Source of the DNA: Bacteroidia bacterium | GTDB taxonomy: Bacteria; Bacteroidota; Bacteroidia; Bacteroidales; Paludibacteraceae | Direction: 5' to 3' | DNA: 64,000 nucleotides | NCBI GenBank assembly: GCA_021152555.1 | Contig: JAGKVE010000008.1 | Span: 702-64,701, forward strand | Shown here: positions 8,239 through 16,575 of the stretch, one piece after another | Layout: the number at the start of each line of letters is the position of its first letter | How positions within the stretch are numbered: the first letter of the stretch is position 1 | Notes under the pieces: model-generated | The model's database searches: none | Seen by the model: only the letters and a program-made list of their open reading frames with translations | What the model was told of the DNA's origin: nothing | Made by a program: the position numbers and the translations under genes

Positions 8239-9629
8239 ATGAAAAAGATATTCAGATTTTTAGGCGTTGTGCTGCTCATAGCAGCCGTCAGTGCAGGAAC
8301 AACACTCGCTGTGCTGAAATACAGCAATCCGCAATTTCAAATCACCAGTTACAAATCACAAATTACAAATGATTCCACCGGAATCCCTGTCGCCTACAGC
8401 CGTTTTGCTTCGTTGCCGCAGGCAGGCGAGACGGATTTTACCAATGCGGCGGAACTCTCCGTCAATGCGGTTGTCCATGTCAAGACGACCTACCGTAACC
8501 AGGTCTCCTCGCAGCAGATGGACCTCTTTGACTTCTTCTTCGGCCGCCCGGGAAAGCAACGCGAGATGCCGGCGCAGCAGGCGTCCGGTTCGGGTGTGAT
8601 CATCTCCGAGGACGGTTATATAGTCACCAACAATCATGTCATCGACCGTGCGGAGGGCTGCCGGTGATCCTTATGGGCAACTCCGACGACCTGCGCGTCG
8701 GCGAATGGGTGCTTGCGGTCGGCAATCCGTTCAACCTCACTTCGACCGTCACGGCAGGTATCGTGTCCGCCAAGGCGCGTAACATCAATATCCTCAACGC
8801 GGAGATGAAGATTGAGTCGTTCATCCAGACCGACGCAGCCGTCAATCCCGGCAACTCCGGCGGTGCGCTGGTTAACACGCGCGGCGAACTGGTAGGTATC
8901 AACACCGCTATCGCCTCGCAGACAGGTTCCTATTCGGGCTACAGTTTTGCAGTGCCGACAAGTATAGTACAGAAAGTGGTGAGCGACATCCGCCAGTACG
9001 GCGTCGTGCAACGCGCTATCCTCGGCGTGCAGATGCGTGAGATCACGTCCGAACTGAAGAAAGAGAAAAAACTCAGCACGTTACAAGGTGCGTACGTGGA
9101 ACGCGTTGTGCCGGACGGCGCGGCAGAGAAAGCAGGCATCAAGAGCGGCGATGTGATCACGCGTGTTGACGATGCGGCAGTCAAAACCGGCACCGACCTG
9201 CAGGAACACATCGGTCGTCACCGTCCGGGCGATGTAGTGAACGTGACGCTGCTCCGCGACGGCAAGACCATAACCGTTCGGGCTACGCTCACCAACCGCG
9301 ATGGAGGTACGGGTGTTATCTCTGCCGAAGATAAAGCGTCCGTCCTGGGTGCCACCTTCTCCGAACTGACCGATGCGCAGAAAGAGCGCCTGGGTATCAA
9401 CTACGGCCTGCAGATCAAGTCGCTCAAGGCAGGCAAACTGAAGAGTGCCGGTGTTCCCTCGGACTTCATCATCCTGAAAGTCAACAACCGTTCCGTGCGC
9501 ACCGAAGAAGACCTTGACGACATCGTCCGCCGTGCCAACTCCGCCTCCGAGCGCGACCGCGTCCTGTTTATCACGGGATGTATGCCCCAAGGCAGAGTAC
9601 GGTATTATGCTGTTAATCTCGCAGAATAA
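8239..9629 (+). pseudogene. htrA: HtrA/DegP-family serine protease, disrupted (internal deletion plus frameshift)
   Basis: ORF 8239-8667 has the signal anchor and His box ([19 protein letters not shown]), then stops. ORF 8664-9629, in another frame, continues with [25 protein letters not shown], the Ser box [11 protein letters not shown] and two PDZ-like segments. The ~35 aa that normally separate these parts, including the catalytic Asp, are absent. Confidence 0.7.
8335..8373. repeat. 7-nt-period array read in frame ([12 protein letters not shown])
   Basis: TTTCAAA TCACCAG TTACAAA TCACAAA TTACAAA, in the linker after the HtrA signal anchor. Confidence 0.7.
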
Positions 9630-9638
9630 AAAAGAAAA

Positions 9639-9670
9639 ATTGCACATAGATTTGCATATGTGCAATTTTT
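9639..9670 (+). terminator. rho-independent terminator after htrA
   Basis: ATTGCACATA-gatttgca-TATGTGCAAT followed by TTTT. Overlaps the -33 element of the next promoter. Confidence 0.6.
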
Positions 9671-9682
9671 GTAGTACCTTTG
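9651..9682 (+). promoter_or_regulatory. Bacteroidota-type promoter (TTTG 9651-9654, N20, TACCTTTG 9675-9682)
   Basis: Canonical layout upstream of the GT2 gene. Confidence 0.6.
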
Positions 9683-9726
9683 CAGCCAAATTATAAATTG
9701 TAAAAAATCAAACCGTAAGTAGATTT

Positions 9727-10698
9727 ATGGATATATCTGTTATTGTACCTCTATTTAACGAGGCTGAGTCGTTGCCGCATTTATATAAGTGGATAGCGCG
9801 TGTGATGAAGGAGAATAGATTCTCATACGAGGTTATTTTTGTCAATGACGGCTCAACCGACAACTCATGGGGAGAGATAGAGAAATTGAGAGTTGAGAGT
9901 CAAGAGTCGAAAGACAGCGAAGGTGAGGTGCATGGTATTTGCTTCCGGCGTAACTATGGCAAATCGGCGGCATTGTATTGCGGTTTCAAGGCGGCACAAG
10001 GTGATGTGGTGGTTACGATGGATGCCGATCTGCAAGACAGCCCTGATGAGATTCCCGAGTTATACCGTATGATTACGGAAGAAGGGTACGATCTTGTGAG
10101 CGGATGGAAACAGAAACGCTACGATAATAAACTGACGAAGAACCTGCCGTCCAAACTTTTCAATGCGACCGCTCGTCGGGTGACGGGGATACAGTTGCAC
10201 GACATGAACTGCGGGCTCAAGGCATACCGTAACGAAGTGGTGAAGAATATTGAGGTGTTCAGCGAAATGCACCGTTATATCCCGTATTTGGCGAAGAACG
10301 CAGGTTTCTCCAAAATTGGAGAAAAAGTAGTGCAACACCGTAAACGGGAATATGGAACCAGCAAATTCGGTATAAATCGTTTTGTAAACGGCTATCTGGA
10401 CCTGATGACACTTTGGTTCCTTAACAAATTCGGAAAGCAACCGATGCATTTCTTCGGGTTGGTAGGGAGTCTGATGTTCTTTATTGGTTTTATCGCTGTA
10501 ATTGTAGTTGGAGGCATGAAATGGTATGCGCTGGCGCACCATGTGCCTGCAATGTTGGTTGGCGTTAACCCGTATTTCCACATAGCAATACTGATGATGA
10601 TATTGGGGTGTATGTTGTTCCTCGCCGGGTTCCTTGCGGAATTGGTTATCCGCAATTCTCCCTCACGAAATGACTACCTGATTAAGGAAGAAATTTGA
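9727..10698 (+). CDS. family-2 glycosyltransferase, polyprenol-phosphate sugar transferase type (ArnC/DPM1-like) with two C-terminal TM helices
   Basis: VIVPLFNE, DGSTD, DADLQD (DXD) and RRNYGKSAAL motifs. C-terminal TM pair. Confidence 0.85.
   Translation: MDISVIVPLFNEAESLPHLYKWIARVMKENRFSYEVIFVNDGSTDNSWGEIEKLRVESQESKDSEGEVHGICFRRNYGKSAALYCGFKAAQGDVVVTMDADLQDSPDEIPELYRMITEEGYDLVSGWKQKRYDNKLTKNLPSKLFNATARRVTGIQLHDMNCGLKAYRNEVVKNIEVFSEMHRYIPYLAKNAGFSKIGEKVVQHRKREYGTSKFGINRFVNGYLDLMTLWFLNKFGKQPMHFFGLVGSLMFFIGFIAVIVVGGMKWYALAHHVPAMLVGVNPYFHIAILMMILGCMLFLAGFLAELVIRNSPSRNDYLIKEEI
9880..9921. repeat. 7-nt-period array read in frame (EKLRVESQESKDSE)
   Basis: GAGAAAT TGAGAGT TGAGAGT CAAGAGT CGAAAGA, inside the GT2 CDS between the DGSTD and RRNYGKS motifs. 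Confidence 0.7.
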
Positions 10699-10710
10699 AA
10701 TTTGGCATAA

Positions 10711-11835
10711 ATGGCGCAAAGTTTGGATGAACAGGTAATGACCATTGAGCGGGCATTGGGAGAACGCATGATTGAGAGTGCGTTGCTCATTGCGCGTGCA
10801 TGGATGAATGAGTTAGGGGAGGAAAACAAGTACGAAGAAACCCATAGCGCCATACGCAAGCAATACAATGAACTGTTTTCCGTTTGGCTCACTTCGGATA
10901 AAGAAGATACGGAGGAACGTCTTAATAGCCTGACAGGCGATGCGTACCATTTGGTTGACGCCGTATATGCAGACATCCGTATAAAACGCGGTCTTTCGCC
11001 GGATATGCATGGTTTTAATGCTGATTCTCATCAGTCTGTAGCGAACTATTTCGCAAGTTGCGTACGTTTCCGCGACGAGGATCTTGAGTGGCTGCATGAG
11101 GCACTGAGTCATTCAAAGAATAAGATTTTAGCTATTACCGCAGTCTCGGCACTTTCTCACAATCTCCGCGAGTGTTTCTCTGCTCCCGCATTGCAAACTA
11201 TGATAGAGTGCATGAATGCGGAAGAGGAAGTGGTTGCTGACCAATGTATTGCTAACGTGCTGATGTTGCTCATTCAGTATGACGTACGCATAGATTTTTT
11301 TCCATACCTGCAGGATGCGTTTGTTGCTGCCATTAGAGAAATGGATGGTGGCGATGAGCATGTGTTCCGCGTTCTTTGCGCGCTATGCGAGTCAACGGAT
11401 ATATTCCGAGAACTGGTGAAAGCCGGTGCCGAGGCAGAATATATGAAAGGATTGATGCAACTGATGCCGCATACATGGGTCTATGATGTGCTGGTAGCAG
11501 GAAATGAAGAACGCGAAAGGACGCTCGCCCATGTAGCTATCAAAGCAGGCTACAGAGAAATAGCATGGGATTATCCGGATATAGCCGAACAAGTGTACCT
11601 CGAAAAACTGCGCAAAGGGAAAGGGGAAGCCCTCGATTATATCTATTATGCGCATTGCCTGTTGCTCAAGGGCGACCGTCTGATGGCATTTGAGAACTAC
11701 AAGCAAGCACGACAGATGTTCAATTCCGTGAAAGAGTTCTATGCTTTATTCCGTCCGGATAGGAGTGCGCTCGTTGATCACGGCGTCCCCTTGGAACAGG
11801 TCTATCTTATAGAAGATCAGTTGTTCAATGCTTAG
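10711..11835 (+). CDS. hypothetical protein (predicted all-helical)
   Basis: 374-aa ORF tightly spaced after the GT2 gene. No motif recognised. Confidence 0.5.
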   Translation: MAQSLDEQVMTIERALGERMIESALLIARAWMNELGEENKYEETHSAIRKQYNELFSVWLTSDKEDTEERLNSLTGDAYHLVDAVYADIRIKRGLSPDMHGFNADSHQSVANYFASCVRFRDEDLEWLHEALSHSKNKILAITAVSALSHNLRECFSAPALQTMIECMNAEEEVVADQCIANVLMLLIQYDVRIDFFPYLQDAFVAAIREMDGGDEHVFRVLCALCESTDIFRELVKAGAEAEYMKGLMQLMPHTWVYDVLVAGNEERERTLAHVAIKAGYREIAWDYPDIAEQVYLEKLRKGKGEALDYIYYAHCLLLKGDRLMAFENYKQARQMFNSVKEFYALFRPDRSALVDHGVPLEQVYLIEDQLFNA

Positions 11836-13109
11836 AATGCAACTCCTAAACCGGCGTCTATAAACTCTGCTCTCACGCCGTGCGTTTTCAGTCCAATTTG
11901 CACAAAAAGGTGATCAAGTACGTGGTATTTGAGCACAAATTGCATGTAGCACCATCCATCTTGATAGTTGCTGGCTTTCGAAAAGTCATAACTGTAAAAA
12001 ATACCGCGGTTCAGTGGGGTGCCGGCTTCGTCTGCTGATTTAGCGTCTTTGTATGGTTCAAGGTTCTTAACGGGGTCGAATACGTAAAAACCGACGTGAA
12101 TACCTGCTGTCAGATTGCCGATGATGAACTCTGGTTGAATGCTTAATCCTACGCGGAAGCAGTTCTTTATGTCGCTGTTTTTGAGATAGGTCTTGCCGAA
12201 AAAGGTCTGCGGCGCACCCGGATTGGCATCTGCAAACTCATCGTTCACGCAGCGGTAGTAACCGTCATAGAAGGCATCGACACCTGCGCCGATACGGAAA
12301 ATGCTCACAGGCACCCAGTATGCGGCGGCTTTTAGGGTAGCAGCGCCGAAGAACTGCATCTTAGGATAGTTGTCGCGGTAGTAGTTCTGCTTCACGCCCC
12401 CCGTTGCGCTAATTTCTACCGCCCAGGGTTTGTCCACGCCGTCGTACAGTTTGCGCGGCACGTCTGGATCGGGAGAGGTGTAATCTTTCTCGTGCGGATG
12501 GTAGCGCAGACCGAGTTCTCCGCCGAGCATGTTATAACCTGCGTTGGGGTGCATGATAGAGCCGTTGGAGATATGATGCCAGCCGCCGTTGAGGGTGATT
12601 TCCCAGCCGTCCTTGATCGGAAAATCCATGTATAGCTCCAAAGCCAGATAGGCATTCAGCACAGAACCGATGGACCAGTTAGCGTCCTTGTGATCCTGAT
12701 AGAGGTGTTCGCCTTTGTATGTATTGGCGTACGTCTTGGTAACTGCAGCCAGACCGACCGTCGGACGTGCGCCGATACGGAAATGACGACCGTTGTAGAA
12801 AGGCATATTTATATATCCGTACGCCGTAACGGCAGAGCCTAATATCTTGTCATTGCCCAGATTGAGATAGCCGGCGCCGACACCTATTGAAGCATTGTTC
12901 CATTGTTGCAGGCAATGCCAACGGCCTGTGGGCAGAAACTCTACAGCGAACTCGCCGCCTAAAACGGGACGGTTGACCCACTGGTCCACTTTGCCGTCAG
13001 GAATCATTACTCCGCCTGCCCCGCTGAGACGATAGGCCAATTCGTAATGCGGCAGAGCGGACACAGGAATGCTTAAGAAAAGACAACTATAGAGTATTAT
13101 TCTTTTCAT
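11832..13109 (-). CDS. acyloxyacyl hydrolase / PagL-like lipid A deacylase outer-membrane protein
   Basis: Signal peptide MKRIILYSCLFLSIPVSA, beta-barrel-like sequence, and the H-x-S-N-G motif (WHHISNGS). Start set at ATG 13109 because a TACCTTTG box (complement of 13118-13125) lies inside the longer ORF. Confidence 0.6.
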   Translation of the reverse strand: MKRIILYSCLFLSIPVSALPHYELAYRLSGAGGVMIPDGKVDQWVNRPVLGGEFAVEFLPTGRWHCLQQWNNASIGVGAGYLNLGNDKILGSAVTAYGYINMPFYNGRHFRIGARPTVGLAAVTKTYANTYKGEHLYQDHKDANWSIGSVLNAYLALELYMDFPIKDGWEITLNGGWHHISNGSIMHPNAGYNMLGGELGLRYHPHEKDYTSPDPDVPRKLYDGVDKPWAVEISATGGVKQNYYRDNYPKMQFFGAATLKAAAYWVPVSIFRIGAGVDAFYDGYYRCVNDEFADANPGAPQTFFGKTYLKNSDIKNCFRVGLSIQPEFIIGNLTAGIHVGFYVFDPVKNLEPYKDAKSADEAGTPLNRGIFYSYDFSKASNYQDGWCYMQFVLKYHVLDHLFVQIGLKTHGVRAEFIDAGLGVAF

Positions 13110-13133
13110 TTGGGCTGCAAAGGTACAAATAAA

Positions 13134-13165
13134 TTTGCACATATCAAAATAATTTTGTAATTTTG
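13134..13165 (+). promoter_or_regulatory. Bacteroidota-type promoter (TTTG 13134-13137, N20, TAATTTTG 13158-13165)
   Basis: Canonical layout upstream of mnmE. Divergent from the PagL-like gene promoter box at 13118-13125 (minus strand). Confidence 0.6.
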
Positions 13166-13182
13166 CACTCGATTTCGGCCTC

Positions 13183-14499
13183 ATGCAAACAATTTGTGCC
13201 ATATCAACGCCCTATGGCGTAGGCGGTATTGCAGTTATCCGCGTATCCGGCGAGCAAGCTGTCATGATTGTTGATAGCTTGTTTACAAGTCGTATGTCGT
13301 TACGGGAAGCCAAGAGTGGAACCGTACATTTCGGGCAAATCGCGCGAGGAAAAGAGGTGCTGGACGAGGTGCTCTGTTCCGTTTTTTATGCGCCGCATTC
13401 CTTCACGGGTGAAAACACGGTTGAGATAGCCTGCCATGGCAGTTTGTTTATCCAGCAGGAGATGTTGCAATGGCTCATAGACGCAGGATGCCGAGCTGCC
13501 GAACCGGGGGAGTTTACGCGCCGTGCGTTTATGAACGGCAAGATGGATCTTACCCAAGCGGAGGCAGTGGCGGACCTTATTGCTGCGCAATCAAAGGCGG
13601 AGAAAGATTTGGCACTTAGCCAGTTACGCGGTTCTGTTTCTAATGAGCTGGCGGTATTACGCGAACGACTACTACATTTTACGTCCCTTATTGAACTTGA
13701 ATTGGATTTCGCGGACCACGAGGAATTGGAGTTTGCGGACCGCACTGAGTTGACGCAGCTCGCGGATGAGATTGCCGGCAAACTGAAGAACCTGCTCGCT
13801 TCGTTCCGTACGGGAAACGCCATCAGAAATGGTATTCCCGTAGCCATCGTCGGTGCGCCCAATGTAGGCAAATCAACGCTGCTCAATGCCTTGTTAGGTG
13901 AGCAGCGTGCTATCGTCAGCGATATACAAGGAACAACGCGAGATACCATAGAGGACACACTCGTCATTGACGGTATCCTCTTCCGGATCATTGACACCGC
14001 AGGGGTGCGAGAGACAGAGGACCGGCTTGAAAACATGGGAATTGAGCGAAGCCGCAGGGCGGCACGGAATGCCCAAATTGTAATATCAATGTCGGATGCA
14101 GACAATAACGAACCAATCATAGACTTTCCTATTTCCGCAACAATACTTAATGTGTTGAATAAGTGTGATTTACGGCATGGAAAGACGGGCAATGGGAAAA
14201 TATGTATTTCCGCAAAAAACGGGGATATAGAGCCTCTCAAAAAGGAGTTGGTACGTGTGGCGCGTGAGTCAATGCAGACCTGTGCTGTCATGCTTTCTAA
14301 CGCGCGTCATTACGAAGCCCTGTCGCGGGCATATGATGCTATCAAACGTGTCCGTGAAGGTATGGCAAACGAACTCTCCGGCGAGCTGCTTTCAGTTGAT
14401 TTGCAGGACTGCCTTTCTGCGCTGGGCGAAGTGACAGGGCAGATTACCAACACCGAGGTTCTACAAAATATATTTAGCAAATTCTGTATAGGCAAATGA
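13183..14499 (+). CDS. mnmE: tRNA modification GTPase MnmE
   Basis: G1 motif GAPNVGKSTLLNAL, plus DTAG and NKCD. C-terminal FCIGK. Confidence 0.9.
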   Translation: MQTICAISTPYGVGGIAVIRVSGEQAVMIVDSLFTSRMSLREAKSGTVHFGQIARGKEVLDEVLCSVFYAPHSFTGENTVEIACHGSLFIQQEMLQWLIDAGCRAAEPGEFTRRAFMNGKMDLTQAEAVADLIAAQSKAEKDLALSQLRGSVSNELAVLRERLLHFTSLIELELDFADHEELEFADRTELTQLADEIAGKLKNLLASFRTGNAIRNGIPVAIVGAPNVGKSTLLNALLGEQRAIVSDIQGTTRDTIEDTLVIDGILFRIIDTAGVRETEDRLENMGIERSRRAARNAQIVISMSDADNNEPIIDFPISATILNVLNKCDLRHGKTGNGKICISAKNGDIEPLKKELVRVARESMQTCAVMLSNARHYEALSRAYDAIKRVREGMANELSGELLSVDLQDCLSALGEVTGQITNTEVLQNIFSKFCIGK

Positions 14500-15380
14500 T
14501 ACTTTCAATGACCGGTTATGGCAAATCCGAAAGCCAACTACGCGGACGCAAACTCATATGCGAAATACGTTCGCTGAACTCTAAATCAATGGATATATCT
14601 GTTCGTCTTGCACCACAGTTCCGTGCCCGCGAACTGGATCTCCGCACGATTATTACGCAGCGTCTGGAACGCGGTAAGGTGGATTTTTTACTCTCTTTTC
14701 AAGATGAGCAGAACCTCTCTACTCCGGCTTCAATGAATTGGACAGCTGCAAAAGAATACGCAAGACAGTACAAGGAGCAGTTCGGCGGTGAAGTACCGGA
14801 TGAAGTGATGGCGTCTATCCTCCGTTTTCCGGATGTACTTAAATCTCAGGAAGACTCATCTGACCTTACTGATGAGGAATGGCAACAGGTCCAAACGGCG
14901 CTTAATAAAGCTATTGATGCGTTCATTGCCTTCCGCGCACAAGAAGGCGCTGCACTGCAAGCCATGTTCACGGATAAACTGGATGGTATAGCGAGTTTGT
15001 TAGCGCAGGTAGAGCCCTTTGAAAAAGGGAGAGTGGCAAAAATTAAAGAACGCCTTGAACAGAGTCTTGCACAATTATCTGCTGAAACGCAGGCCCAAAT
15101 AGACCGTAACCGGTTGGAACAGGAGATGATATATTACCTCGAAAAACTTGATATAACCGAAGAAAAAGTGCGGCTTACGAATCATATCAAATATTTTCGT
15201 GAGACCATGGACGGTAAAGGCATTGGAGTAGGAAAGAAACTCGGTTTCATTGCTCAGGAGATGGGACGGGAAATAAATACACTCGGTTCAAAATCCAACC
15301 AGTCAGAAATGCAAATCATCGTTGTCAAGATGAAAGATATTCTGGAACAAATCAAAGAGCAGGTACTCAATGTACTCTAA
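14496..15380 (+). CDS. yicC: YicC family protein
   Basis: MTGYG start, and a YicC_N/DUF1732-like C-terminus (EMGREINTLGSKSN). Confidence 0.85.
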   Translation: MILSMTGYGKSESQLRGRKLICEIRSLNSKSMDISVRLAPQFRARELDLRTIITQRLERGKVDFLLSFQDEQNLSTPASMNWTAAKEYARQYKEQFGGEVPDEVMASILRFPDVLKSQEDSSDLTDEEWQQVQTALNKAIDAFIAFRAQEGAALQAMFTDKLDGIASLLAQVEPFEKGRVAKIKERLEQSLAQLSAETQAQIDRNRLEQEMIYYLEKLDITEEKVRLTNHIKYFRETMDGKGIGVGKKLGFIAQEMGREINTLGSKSNQSEMQIIVVKMKDILEQIKEQVLNVL

Positions 15381-15408
15381 ACCGCCAATCACAAATCGCC
15401 AATTACCA
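15378..15408. repeat. 7-nt-period array in the yicC-gmk junction
   Basis: CAATCAC AAATCGC CAATTAC CAATG. If translated, it yields the N-terminal extension MYSKPPITNRQLP. Confidence 0.65.
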
Positions 15409-15963
15409 ATGATATACATTTTCTGTGCACCTTCGGGCAGCGGCAAATCCACAATGGTCAACCATGTGCTGACCATGCACCCGAATCTGTTTGAACTATC
15501 CGTTTCCTGCACCACCCGTCCTCCGCGTGGACAAGAGGTGCATGGCAAGGAATATTATTTTATCTCCATAGAGGAGTTTCAGGAGCGCATTGCGCGCGAC
15601 GAGTTCATCGAATACGAACAGGTCTATGAAGGGCTGTATTACGGCACGCTCCGCGAGGAAATAGAGCGTATTGAGAAAGCTGGCAAACAGGTGCTCTTCG
15701 ACGTGGATGTGAAAGGCGGTGTCAACCTCAAACGCATTCTTGGCGACAAAGCAACCTCTATCTTCATCTGTCCGCCGTCTATTGAGGAACTCCGCCACAG
15801 GCTGGAGGGACGGGGAGACACCTCGCCCGAGATGATAGAGAAACGCTTGGCGAAGGCGGAATACGAACTGACCTTCAAACCGCAGTTCGACCGTGTGGTG
15901 GTCAACGACACCCTCACCCACGCCTTCAAACAACTCGATGCGATTATCGATGAAAACAAGTAA
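15409..15963 (+). CDS. gmk: guanylate kinase
   Basis: P-loop APSGSGKST, TTRPPR, and EYEQVYEGLYYGT. Start placed at ATG 15409 (MIYIFCAPSGSGKST); the ORF track starts at 15370 inside the repeat. Confidence 0.9.
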   Translation: MIYIFCAPSGSGKSTMVNHVLTMHPNLFELSVSCTTRPPRGQEVHGKEYYFISIEEFQERIARDEFIEYEQVYEGLYYGTLREEIERIEKAGKQVLFDVDVKGGVNLKRILGDKATSIFICPPSIEELRHRLEGRGDTSPEMIEKRLAKAEYELTFKPQFDRVVVNDTLTHAFKQLDAIIDENK

Positions 15964-16014
15964 CTGTTTAACGTCGCGCAGCAACCGTCTTGACTTTTTA
16001 ACTATTTAACGGCG

Positions 16015-16575
16015 ATGCACAACATCGGCATATATGGCGGCAGTTTCAATCCTGTGCATTTCGGTCACGTTGGATTGGCAAAATGGGTCATAGAGAACAC
16101 AGATCTTGACGAGCTATGGCTGATGGTCAGCCCCAACAACCCCTTGAAAGAGACGGATTCCCTCGCGCCGGAAGAGGAACGTCTGGCTGCAGTACGCGAG
16201 GCGGTCAAAGACATACCGGGGGTGAAGGTCTCGGATTTTGAGTTCTCTCTGCCGCGTCCGTCTTATACTGCCAATACCCTCCGAGCATTGCGGAAATATT
16301 ATCCTGACTATGAGTTCACGCTCGTCATAGGCGAGGACAATATTGCTATTTTTGACCGCTGGCGGGAGTATGAATATATTTTGGAGAATTTCCGCATATT
16401 CGTATATCCGCGCCATGAAGCAGCCAATGATTGTGCCGGATTGTCTCATTGCGAACATACTTTCTCTGCGCCTGAATGGGCAGAGCATATGCTAATAAAG
16501 GAGCTCCGTTTTTTGAACGGAGCCCCTTATTTTGATATTTCCTCAACGGAGATACGTGCGCGTCTTATTCACTGA
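16015..16575 (+). CDS. nadD: nicotinate-nucleotide adenylyltransferase
   Basis: GIYGGSFNPVHFGH (HxGH) and a C-terminal ISSTEIR motif. Confidence 0.9.
   Translation: MHNIGIYGGSFNPVHFGHVGLAKWVIENTDLDELWLMVSPNNPLKETDSLAPEEERLAAVREAVKDIPGVKVSDFEFSLPRPSYTANTLRALRKYYPDYEFTLVIGEDNIAIFDRWREYEYILENFRIFVYPRHEAANDCAGLSHCEHTFSAPEWAEHMLIKELRFLNGAPYFDISSTEIRARLIH

Noticed and set aside
13110-13202. N-terminal extension of the PagL-like ORF overlapping the mnmE start
   Set aside because: A TACCTTTG -7 box and a good signal peptide starting at ATG 13109 indicate the shorter form. The extension would overlap the divergent mnmE promoter.
13386-14291. 301-aa minus-strand ORF
   Set aside because: It is antisense to mnmE, whose G-domain motifs are unambiguous.
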